From: Bacteroidota bacterium
GTDB lineage: Bacteria; Bacteroidota; Bacteroidia; Cytophagales; Spirosomataceae
Reading direction: 5' to 3'
DNA: 64,000 nt
NCBI GenBank assembly: GCA_046046955.1
Contig: JBJOIV010000002.1
Coordinates: 1,102 to 65,101 of the forward strand
Shown here piece after piece: positions 19,524-28,052 of this stretch (position 1 is its first letter; each line of letters opens with the position of its first letter). Made by a program: the position numbers and the translations under genes. The notes below the pieces were generated by a model. The model saw nothing but the letters and a program-made list of their open reading frames with translations. It had not been told where the DNA came from and did not search any database.

Positions 19524-20597
19524 CTAAAGTGATAATCGTATAAGTAAGCTGGGTTCGATGACCTCCGCTGTCTTTTTATTGTTGAGGATCATTTCGGCTG
19601 CTTTTTGGCCTAACTTCTCCGGGTGAGTACTCACGACTGTGATTCCTCCGGCAATGATTTCTTTAAATGGATGGTCATTCAGTGATATGATTCCCACATC
19701 TTTTCCTAAAGTCCACTTCTTTTTCTCCGCGTATTTGATAGCCTGGAAAAGATCGGTGTCTGACAAGGTGAAGTAAACCTCATTTTGTCTGTAATCGTCC
19801 TCTTCTAGGCCATCTAATACTTGGAACTTCAATGAATTCGCTTCGCAGAATTCACTGCACGCATTGATTAATTCAGGATCGAAGTATTCATCTTCGCTCA
19901 AAACTAAATTAAGACTGCGGTACTTATTAAACAGGTTTAGTTGGGTATTAAAAATCTTTTTTAGCGAGGGATTCGGTGGGCAAATCAGACTGGAATGACG
20001 GATGGTTCCGAAGTTTTGGTCCAATAAAATCAAACGATCCCCTGCTATTTTTTGTAAAATCTTCACTGTTTCTTCATCCTCGTCAATTAAATGAGGCTGA
20101 ATCAGGTAATAATGGTAATTCCCAAGTTGCTGCCCGATGATTTCTTTGAATTCACGCGGCTTGTACTGGTAGGTATAAATATCGACCATCACGTTCTTGC
20201 CGAAATGATCTAAAAAGGCATTGTACAAGGTTTGGTTCGTTTCTGTCATTCGACCGATCAGAAAAAGAACTTTGGTCTTTACTTTTAGACTAGATTCTGA
20301 GATGAAATACCCTTTTCGGAAAATGGACGTGATCGCTCCCATTTTATGCAATTCGGTATAGGCTCTTTCCACGGTATCCCGAGAAAGGTAGCATTCTTCC
20401 GACGCTTCGTTAATGGACGGCAATCGCTCGCCAGGTTTTAATTCCCCCATCTCAATATCCTGCAAAAGTGAATTCACTAATTGCTGGTATTTAGGAAGTT
20501 TGTTTCCTGAATTCTTTACGTTAAATGAAACAAATGTTTTATTCATATCGAAGAAAAATTCTTGGTTCAAAATTACAGGGGTGGCATTGTTTAGCAT
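19524..20597 (-). CDS. GntR-family regulator with C-terminal periplasmic-binding-like effector domain
   Basis: PKYQQL, GERLPSINE, SRDTVERAY HTH and GKDVGIISLND. The start could be the internal M at MNKTF. Confidence 0.9.
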   Translation of the reverse strand: MLNNATPVILNQEFFFDMNKTFVSFNVKNSGNKLPKYQQLVNSLLQDIEMGELKPGERLPSINEASEECYLSRDTVERAYTELHKMGAITSIFRKGYFISESSLKVKTKVLFLIGRMTETNQTLYNAFLDHFGKNVMVDIYTYQYKPREFKEIIGQQLGNYHYYLIQPHLIDEDEETVKILQKIAGDRLILLDQNFGTIRHSSLICPPNPSLKKIFNTQLNLFNKYRSLNLVLSEDEYFDPELINACSEFCEANSLKFQVLDGLEEDDYRQNEVYFTLSDTDLFQAIKYAEKKKWTLGKDVGIISLNDHPFKEIIAGGITVVSTHPEKLGQKAAEMILNNKKTAEVIEPSLLIRLSL

Positions 20598-20696
20598 AGG
20601 ACGAATCTTACAAATACGAGGACAATTCTTGCAATTAGGTATTTCAGGACAAATCCGTCCAATTTCCTGGTATTATTCCCTAATTTTAAAGTTCGA

Positions 20697-23600
20697 ATGA
20701 AAAAGGCCCTTATCGGTTTCATGTTATTGCTTTCTTTGGGTGCAACTGCTCAAAAGCAGACGCGCTATGAGCGTCTTAGCACAGCCTCTGGACTTTCTCA
20801 AAGTTCGGTTTATAAGATCATTCAAGATAAAAAAGGTTTTTTGTGGTTCGCCACGGGCGATGGTTTGAATCGCTATGATGGCCATAATTTTAAGATCTAT
20901 CGAAATGATCCGAGCGATCCCAAAACCCTAAGTGGAAGTGAAATTTTTACAGTAGCGGAGGATGATTTAGGGAATTTATGGGTAGGAACCCGTAATTCTG
21001 GTTTAAACAAAATTGAACTTTCCACTGGGAAAATCACCCGGTTTTCGAAAGGACCTACAGGTCAAGATTTGTCCAATGCGAATATTCCGAGTATACTAAA
21101 TCTAGGGAAGGGGAAGATGGGTGTGGCTGTTTTGGGTCTAGGATATCTAGTGTATGATATTCGAACGAATCAGGTTAGCCCTGCGGAATCAGAGTGGAAG
21201 AATCCTTTTGTAAAAGAGGTAGTTCGTCTATTTAAACACTCCTCTGGTACGGTTTGGATGGGAACGCGAACCGGTTATTTACTATCACAGTTAAACGCGC
21301 ATAGCTTTATTCCTTATCAATTCGGGGCAAATACCTATCGGGTGAGAGCCTTATTTGAAACGAATAATGGAGATATTTTAGTAGGTACAGATGGCCGCGG
21401 AATTTACCGTTTTACGCCTAAAACGCAGCAATTCAAAGTCGTTTTCTACCAGTCCTCCGATCCCTTATCTCGCCAAAACATTGTGACTTCTTTAGCCAAA
21501 GATGCCTTGCAAAATTTGTGGATAGGCACAGATAATGGAGTATATAAGTTAAATGGGGAAGATTTTAAGAACTATTCGAATATCCCGTCGAATCCGGATC
21601 CAGAATTAGGCTTGTCTTCTAATTCCATCATGAGTCTATTTACGGATGCGAATCAAAATACTTGGGTAGGAACTTGGGAGGCTGGATTGAATATTTCCTT
21701 TTTTCAAAAACCCCGATTCTCGGTACTACGCTATAAACCTAATACGCTTCAGGGTCTGTTAAGTAATAAAGTCAGCACCTTATTAGCCGATGGGGATAAA
21801 GGTGTCTGGGTCGGAAGTAACGTGGGCTTGTCCTATTTTAATCATAAATCGGGTCAGGTAACGCATTACTTGAAGAGTGCCACCACGAATAAATTAAACT
21901 CAACAGAAACCTATGATGTTAATTTTATTCAGCCTTCTGGCGATGGAGGAGTGTGGGTTGGACTTTGGGGTAAAGGAATCAATCTGTTCACGAAAGAACA
22001 TCAATTAAAAGATTTTCCATTCAAACCAGGTGCGCGGGAAGCAAATTTTAATACGATGGCGGTATTTCAATCCGAGTTCTTGCTGGGAACGGCAGGGATG
22101 GGTATCGTATCTTTTAACCCGGTTACCAAGCAATACCGGATTCCTTTTCAGGAATTAGGCAAGTCTACCTTTTTGAATAAGTCAATTGCTGCTATCAACG
22201 TGTTGAATGGGACGGAGATTTGGATAGGTACGGTAGGTTTCGGTTTATATGTTTTTGATATCTCCACGCACAAGATTCGCCATTATGTGAAATCCGCTGA
22301 ATCAGGTGCTTTGAGTTATAACCACGTGAACAAAATCTACCAAGATCGCAAAAATAGGATCTGGGTGATGACGCAGGGGGGAGGATTGAATCAATACATG
22401 GGACCGGATAAGGGTTTCAAAGTGTATACGGTGAATGATGGATTAGGAAGTAATTCATTGCGAGGATTGGTCGAAGATGCGAAAGGGGATTTGTGGTTTT
22501 CGACGAATGGGGGTATTTCTAAGATGGATGCCAAAACCTTGAAATTCGTCAACTTCGAAGAAGCAGATGGTCTGCAGGGGAAAGAATTTATGACGAGTGC
22601 GGCGGCAAAAAATAGCCAAAATTGGCTTTTTTTCGGAGGTGTGAATGGTTTGAATTACCTGAAGTCAGATAGTCTTCGCATGCGACTAGATGTCCCGCCA
22701 GTCTATTTTACGAAATTAAAAATCTTTAATAAAGAGGTGGAAGCGGGTCAGGAGAACTCTCCACTGACAGAGGATATTTCCTCCACGAAACACTTGATCT
22801 TGCAACCAGACCAAACGGTCTTCAGTTTGGATTTTGTGGCACTGGAATACCAAAGGCCAAAAAACAACCGCTACGCTTACTATTTAGAGGGCTTTGAAAA
22901 GGAGTGGAATTTAGTTGGGACTCAGCGCACGGTTACTTACACGAATTTAAGTCCAGGGGATTATGTGTTTAAGGTGAAGGCAAGTAATTCGGATGGAGTT
23001 TGGGCGGAGAAGCCTTATGAACTTCTTATAACCGTTTTGCCCCCTTGGTATAAAACCTGGTGGGCTTATATTTTGTATTTAGTAGCTCTAGGGGCACTTA
23101 TTTACGGCTTTATTCGCGAGGTTCGCGTCCGAGAAGCTTTCCGAACCGATATACGTTTGAAAGAAATTGAGAAGGAACGCATTCAGGAATTAGAGCAAGT
23201 GAAGACGCATTTTTTCACGAATATCTCGCACGAATTGCGTACGCCTTTAACATTAATTACCAGTCCTTTAGAGAAGTATTTTATCTCGAATGCGAGCTTG
23301 AATAAAGATCAGAAAACGAAGATTAATTCGATTTACCAAAACGCTCAAAAACTCCTCCGTTTAATAAATCAATTACTTGATTTATCAAAAATCGAGTCTG
23401 GTCATGTGGAGCCTGTGGTGGAGAAGCATGATCTGGTGAAACAATTGAATTCCATTAAACAGAGTTTTGATGCGTATGCGCAACAAAAGCAAATCAAATT
23501 AAAGTGGGAGTCTCCGCTTGATTCGCTTTTTGTCTATTACGATGCAGATATCATTGAAAAATGTGTAACGAATTTATTGTCCAATGCCTTCAAATTTACT

Positions 23601-24737
23601 CCAGAGGATGGAATCATTGGTATACGTTTGGAACTGCATAAAACCTTTCAGGACGCGCAGGAGACTATTTCAAAAGTATCCATTCAGGTGATGGATACCG
23701 GTAAAGGAATTAGTGAGGAGCATATTCAGCATATTTTTGACCGATTCTATCAGATTCCGGAGAAGGTGGATCGGATGGGAACGGGAGTAGGTCTTTCTTT
23801 GTGTAAGGAATTGATCGAAGTACACCGCGGAACGATTGATGTGCAAAGTGATCTGGGAGCCGGCTCCGTCTTTAAAATTTATTTTCCGGTGACTCGGGAG
23901 GCTTTTGAACCTAGCTGGGTGAGGGCTGGAAGTCTTCCAGCAGTCAAAGAGTCGATAGGTCAAGAAGTCGTGACGATACAACAAGAGAAACAAATTCTTT
24001 TAATCGTCGAGGATCATGAGGAAATGCGGGCATTTATCCGGGAAATTTTCGAAAAATCATTCCAAGTAATTGAGGCAGATAGAGGAGAAAAAGGGATGGA
24101 AATGGCTCTCAAATATCTGCCTGACATGGTGATTACCGATTGGATGATGCCGGGAATGTCGGGTGTAAGTCTGTGTAAAGAGATTCGCAAGAATTCAAAA
24201 ACGAGTCACATACCTGTCGTGATTTTGACTTCGAAAAGTTCTCAAGAGAGTCAAATCGAGGGAATGCAATCCGGTGCGGATGATTTTATCTCCAAACCTT
24301 TTCATGCAGATATCTTAGAATTACGTGTTGCTAAATTATTAGAGGCGAAAGAGCGCATGCGAAAGAGTTGGCAGGATTCGGTGATGAACCAAGATCTACA
24401 ACAATCCCCTGTCTTTGAAGATGAATTCTTATCTAAGGCCACCCAGGTGGTGATTGAGCATCTAGATGAGGCCGATTTTGATGTAGAGCATTTAGAGCAG
24501 GCTTTAGATATGAGCAAGATGCAGCTCTACCGTAAATTGAAAATGTTAACTTCGCTGGCTGGAAATGAGTTTATTCGATCGATTCGCTTACAGCAGGCTA
24601 GAATATTATTAGAAAAAGGTTCCTTAAACGTATCAGAAGTAGCCTACCAAGTAGGATTTAATGATCCGGCCTATTTTACCCGTGCCTTTAAAAAACAATA
24701 CGGATTCGCTCCTAAAACATTCATTTCAAAAAAATAA
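20697..24737 (+). CDS. Hybrid two-component sensor kinase/response regulator (Reg_prop, Y_Y_Y, HisKA, HATPase, REC, AraC)
   Basis: Propeller repeats, YTNLSPGDY, SHELRTPL, NLLSNAFKFT, ITDWMMP and VGFNDPAYF motifs. Confidence 0.96.
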   Translation: MKKALIGFMLLLSLGATAQKQTRYERLSTASGLSQSSVYKIIQDKKGFLWFATGDGLNRYDGHNFKIYRNDPSDPKTLSGSEIFTVAEDDLGNLWVGTRNSGLNKIELSTGKITRFSKGPTGQDLSNANIPSILNLGKGKMGVAVLGLGYLVYDIRTNQVSPAESEWKNPFVKEVVRLFKHSSGTVWMGTRTGYLLSQLNAHSFIPYQFGANTYRVRALFETNNGDILVGTDGRGIYRFTPKTQQFKVVFYQSSDPLSRQNIVTSLAKDALQNLWIGTDNGVYKLNGEDFKNYSNIPSNPDPELGLSSNSIMSLFTDANQNTWVGTWEAGLNISFFQKPRFSVLRYKPNTLQGLLSNKVSTLLADGDKGVWVGSNVGLSYFNHKSGQVTHYLKSATTNKLNSTETYDVNFIQPSGDGGVWVGLWGKGINLFTKEHQLKDFPFKPGAREANFNTMAVFQSEFLLGTAGMGIVSFNPVTKQYRIPFQELGKSTFLNKSIAAINVLNGTEIWIGTVGFGLYVFDISTHKIRHYVKSAESGALSYNHVNKIYQDRKNRIWVMTQGGGLNQYMGPDKGFKVYTVNDGLGSNSLRGLVEDAKGDLWFSTNGGISKMDAKTLKFVNFEEADGLQGKEFMTSAAAKNSQNWLFFGGVNGLNYLKSDSLRMRLDVPPVYFTKLKIFNKEVEAGQENSPLTEDISSTKHLILQPDQTVFSLDFVALEYQRPKNNRYAYYLEGFEKEWNLVGTQRTVTYTNLSPGDYVFKVKASNSDGVWAEKPYELLITVLPPWYKTWWAYILYLVALGALIYGFIREVRVREAFRTDIRLKEIEKERIQELEQVKTHFFTNISHELRTPLTLITSPLEKYFISNASLNKDQKTKINSIYQNAQKLLRLINQLLDLSKIESGHVEPVVEKHDLVKQLNSIKQSFDAYAQQKQIKLKWESPLDSLFVYYDADIIEKCVTNLLSNAFKFTPEDGIIGIRLELHKTFQDAQETISKVSIQVMDTGKGISEEHIQHIFDRFYQIPEKVDRMGTGVGLSLCKELIEVHRGTIDVQSDLGAGSVFKIYFPVTREAFEPSWVRAGSLPAVKESIGQEVVTIQQEKQILLIVEDHEEMRAFIREIFEKSFQVIEADRGEKGMEMALKYLPDMVITDWMMPGMSGVSLCKEIRKNSKTSHIPVVILTSKSSQESQIEGMQSGADDFISKPFHADILELRVAKLLEAKERMRKSWQDSVMNQDLQQSPVFEDEFLSKATQVVIEHLDEADFDVEHLEQALDMSKMQLYRKLKMLTSLAGNEFIRSIRLQQARILLEKGSLNVSEVAYQVGFNDPAYFTRAFKKQYGFAPKTFISKK

Positions 24738-24738
24738 T

Positions 24739-25704
24739 ATGCGCAAATTATCTCTCGTTCTTGTCTGTGGTTTCTTGGTTTCTTGGGGCTTTTTAGCTCA
24801 CAAAACCCTTCAACAGATCGCTATTTATCCTTTACCATCAGATTTAGGTTTGTTTTTTTATGCAAACCAGGATTACATCGTGCAACAGTCGATTCGTCCT
24901 GATGTCCGTCGTAAAGACGATAAAACAGAGGATTCGAAGCATTATTTGGATATGGATGCGGCAGTTTTTGGCCCCAATTACCGGACGGATATCCCTCACG
25001 ATTTTAAACAAGCCGTGACGAAATATAGCTTTGATAGTTTACGCAAGGAGGGATTGGTGCCTTGGGAAGTGAATCGAGTGTATGGTCGATTAGTCCATGC
25101 CTTCAAAAATGAACTGCGCGATTCGGTCTTATTCTACGCAGCAGATTTAGGTCATTACGTTTCTGATGCGCACGTTCCTTTGCACACGACGAAAAATCAC
25201 GACGGTCAGTTAACGAATCAGAAAGGCATGCACGTTTTGTGGGAGAGCCTAGTTCCGGAAGCACAATTAAAAAATTATGCCTTATATCAGCCGCAGGCGG
25301 CTACTTATATTGCGAAACCTCAGGATTTTATTTTTCAGATTTTGTTAGAATCACATGCGATGCTTCCTGAAATGTTCGCTTCTGAAACAGAAGTGCGTAA
25401 GACTTTAGGAGAGGACAAGTCTTTTAAAATGGTGGAGCGCTATGGTAAGGTACAGCGTTATTATACTGATGAGTTTATTCAAGCCTTTGGTGATAAAATG
25501 GGAGCTTCCATTCCGAATCGCATGATTCAATCTTCACAGCGTGTGGCTTCTTTTTGGTATTCAGCCTGGAAGGATGCGGGTTCACCAGTATGGGTGACCA
25601 AAGATATTTCGGCGGAAAAGAAGGCGGCTTTCGAAGCAGAAAAGGCCCAATGGAAGTCGAATACGTTAATCTCTACCGGTAAATTGATTTCCTTACACAA
25701 GTAG
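24739..25704 (+). CDS. Zinc-dependent phospholipase C / S1-P1 nuclease family protein
   Basis: Signal peptide then WGFLAH, HY.SDAHVPLH and H..WES. Real start is probably ATG 24739. Confidence 0.85.
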   Translation: MRKLSLVLVCGFLVSWGFLAHKTLQQIAIYPLPSDLGLFFYANQDYIVQQSIRPDVRRKDDKTEDSKHYLDMDAAVFGPNYRTDIPHDFKQAVTKYSFDSLRKEGLVPWEVNRVYGRLVHAFKNELRDSVLFYAADLGHYVSDAHVPLHTTKNHDGQLTNQKGMHVLWESLVPEAQLKNYALYQPQAATYIAKPQDFIFQILLESHAMLPEMFASETEVRKTLGEDKSFKMVERYGKVQRYYTDEFIQAFGDKMGASIPNRMIQSSQRVASFWYSAWKDAGSPVWVTKDISAEKKAAFEAEKAQWKSNTLISTGKLISLHK

Positions 25705-26220
25705 ATGCAGCAAATTTTAGTCCTTTCTGATACTCATAGTTATTTAGATCCGCGCTTGATTCCGCACGTGGAAGCCTGTGACCAGATTTGGCATGGGGGT
25801 GACTGGGGTTCTGTGGCAGTGGCGGATACGTTGATGGGTTTTGGGAAGCCGGTGTATGGGGTTTATGGAAATATTGATGACCGGACGATTCGGAATATGT
25901 TTCCCAAAATCGCTCGATTCACTTGTGAGCAAGTAACAGTAGCCATGACGCATATTGCGGGCGCGCCCTCTTCTTATAAGCCAGATGCATTAGAAACGTT
26001 TGCGATGGGTCTTCCTGATATTTTTGTCTGTGGACATTCCCATATTTTGCAGGTGAAAAGGGATCAAAATCGCAATCAGATGTTGTTTCTAAACCCAGGG
26101 GCTGCTGGTCAACATGGTTTTCACCAAGAGCAAACCGCCCTGCAATTCAAGATTGATGGGAAACGTATCTATGATATGGAGCTGATTCAAATGCCCCGAA
26201 TTCACACGAAGATTAAGTAG
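25705..26220 (+). CDS. Metallophosphoesterase (YfcE/MJ0936 family)
   Basis: SDTH, HGGD, GNID, GHSH and NPG motifs. Confidence 0.92.
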   Translation: MQQILVLSDTHSYLDPRLIPHVEACDQIWHGGDWGSVAVADTLMGFGKPVYGVYGNIDDRTIRNMFPKIARFTCEQVTVAMTHIAGAPSSYKPDALETFAMGLPDIFVCGHSHILQVKRDQNRNQMLFLNPGAAGQHGFHQEQTALQFKIDGKRIYDMELIQMPRIHTKIK

Positions 26221-27355
26221 TTTGGAAAGATTGGACGTTTTCGAAGACGCTGCCTTTCTGGTAGGACTTTAAAATCCAACCACCACCTACGACATCATCT
26301 CCCTCATAGAATACGGCTGCTTGACCAGGTGCGATTCCAGAAACATCGAAAGCGAAATCGACTTTGATTCGGTCGCCCACTTGTTCGATATGACCCGCCG
26401 TTCCGGCATCTTTATAACGCACTTTTGTGATGGTTTCTATTCCCTCCGCAGGAATGGAAGCGTATTTTTGTAGATTTAATTGACCCACCCACATACCAGT
26501 GCGGTTCAAATCTTCCACTTTACCAATCACCACTTCATTGGATTCTTTGCGAATCTCAATAACGAAGGCTGGATAGCCGAAAGCCTTTCCTAAGCCCTTT
26601 CTTTGGCCAACAGTATAAAAGGGATATCCTTCGTGTTTTCCGATAATTTTACCCTCTGTGTCAATGAAATTACCGCCTTTTACTTGCTCCTCTAACTCAG
26701 GAACGCGTCTTTTTAAGAATCCACGGTAATCATTGTCTGGCACGAAACAGATCTCATAACTCTCCGATTTATTGACTAAATCGACGAATCCACGCTCTGT
26801 CGCCATTTCTCTAATACGCGCTTTTGTTAAATGTCCTAAGGGTAAAATCGTCCGCGCAAGGCTCTCTTGCGAAACGCCCCAAAGCACATAGGACTGATCT
26901 TTTAGAACATCTACACCTTTGGAAATAATATGACGGCCATTCTCCTTACGGATCTGAGCATAGTGTCCAGTTGCGATAAATTCACAGCCTAATTGATCCG
27001 CACGGCGCAATAAGGCATCCCATTTAATGTGCGTGTTGCACATCACGCAGGGATTAGGCGTGCGGCCTTCGATGTATTCATTCGTGAAGTAATCGATGAC
27101 AGAATCACCAAATTCTTCTCTGATATCTAAAATATAGTGGGGGAAACCAAGGGAAACAGCGATATGTCTCGCATCATTGATTGAATCCAAGGAGCAGCAA
27201 CCTGTCTCCTTTTTATCGCCACCAGAGCTCGCGTAATCCCATGTTTTCATGGTCATACCGATAACCTCATATCCTTGTTCGTGTAATAAAACAGCTGCGA
27301 CCGAGCTGTCGATTCCGCCGCTCATAGCGACTAAGACGCGTCCTTTTTTTTCCAT
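26213..27355 (-). CDS. mnmA: tRNA 2-thiouridine(34) synthase
   Basis: AMSGGIDSS, TPNPC, ATGHY, KDQSY and PGQAAVFY motifs. Confidence 0.98.
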   Translation of the reverse strand: MEKKGRVLVAMSGGIDSSVAAVLLHEQGYEVIGMTMKTWDYASSGGDKKETGCCSLDSINDARHIAVSLGFPHYILDIREEFGDSVIDYFTNEYIEGRTPNPCVMCNTHIKWDALLRRADQLGCEFIATGHYAQIRKENGRHIISKGVDVLKDQSYVLWGVSQESLARTILPLGHLTKARIREMATERGFVDLVNKSESYEICFVPDNDYRGFLKRRVPELEEQVKGGNFIDTEGKIIGKHEGYPFYTVGQRKGLGKAFGYPAFVIEIRKESNEVVIGKVEDLNRTGMWVGQLNLQKYASIPAEGIETITKVRYKDAGTAGHIEQVGDRIKVDFAFDVSGIAPGQAAVFYEGDDVVGGGWILKSYQKGSVFENVQSFQTT

Positions 27356-27410
27356 ATTTGCTGCTCAGGTTCAATGCCTGACGAAATTATGCTGCAAGTT
27401 ACGGCTTATC

Positions 27411-27441
27411 TTTGTAAATACGTGCACAAAGCGTATTTTTG
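27411..27441 (+). promoter_or_regulatory. Bacteroidota primary-sigma promoter
   Basis: TTTG(27411)-N19-TATTTTTG(27434-27441), upstream of ATG 27464. Confidence 0.65.
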
Positions 27442-27463
27442 CTCTAGTATACAAAAGCCGTCT

Positions 27464-28051
27464 ATGTTAAAAACAAAAGTCAAAGTTAGTTCGATTGAAA
27501 ATCTATCCGATGCGCGGTATTGTGCAGGTATGGGAGTGGAGTGGTTAGGTTTTCCGTTAGCGATGCCTTTGGAAAAATTTGCTGAGATCAGAAACTGGTT
27601 AGCGGGAGTTCAAATCGTAGGCGAGGCTTCAGGATTGAAGCCAGAGGAAATTAAGGAATTAGTTGCGTCACATCAACCAGATGCGATTGAGATCGATTCG
27701 AAAGTGAATTTGGTGTTGATACAAGATATCGATTTGCCCAAAATTCTGCGCGCAAATATCGATACGGATAATTTACCGGCTTTATTTGCGTCTGCGGCGC
27801 CTTATGTTTCTCATTTTTTGTTAACTGGGGATAGCCCTGAATCGTTGCAAGGGATGGAATCATCGATTGAAATTTGGGCGGCACAATATCCGATTATACT
27901 AGGTTTAGAGGTTCCAGAGGAAGATTTAGAAGAGTGGGTTGACCAAACTTCCATTCAAGGAATTGGTTTAATGGCAGGAAAAGAAGACCGTCCCGGTTTT
28001 CGAGATTTTTCTGATTTAATGAGTATCTTGGAAAAATTAGAAATTGACTAA
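27464..28051 (+). CDS. TrpF (phosphoribosylanthranilate isomerase)-like TIM-barrel protein, divergent
   Basis: KVKVSSIENLSDARYCAGMGVEWLGF N-terminus; lacks the KICG cysteine. Confidence 0.75.
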   Translation: MLKTKVKVSSIENLSDARYCAGMGVEWLGFPLAMPLEKFAEIRNWLAGVQIVGEASGLKPEEIKELVASHQPDAIEIDSKVNLVLIQDIDLPKILRANIDTDNLPALFASAAPYVSHFLLTGDSPESLQGMESSIEIWAAQYPIILGLEVPEEDLEEWVDQTSIQGIGLMAGKEDRPGFRDFSDLMSILEKLEID

Positions 28052-28052
28052 T

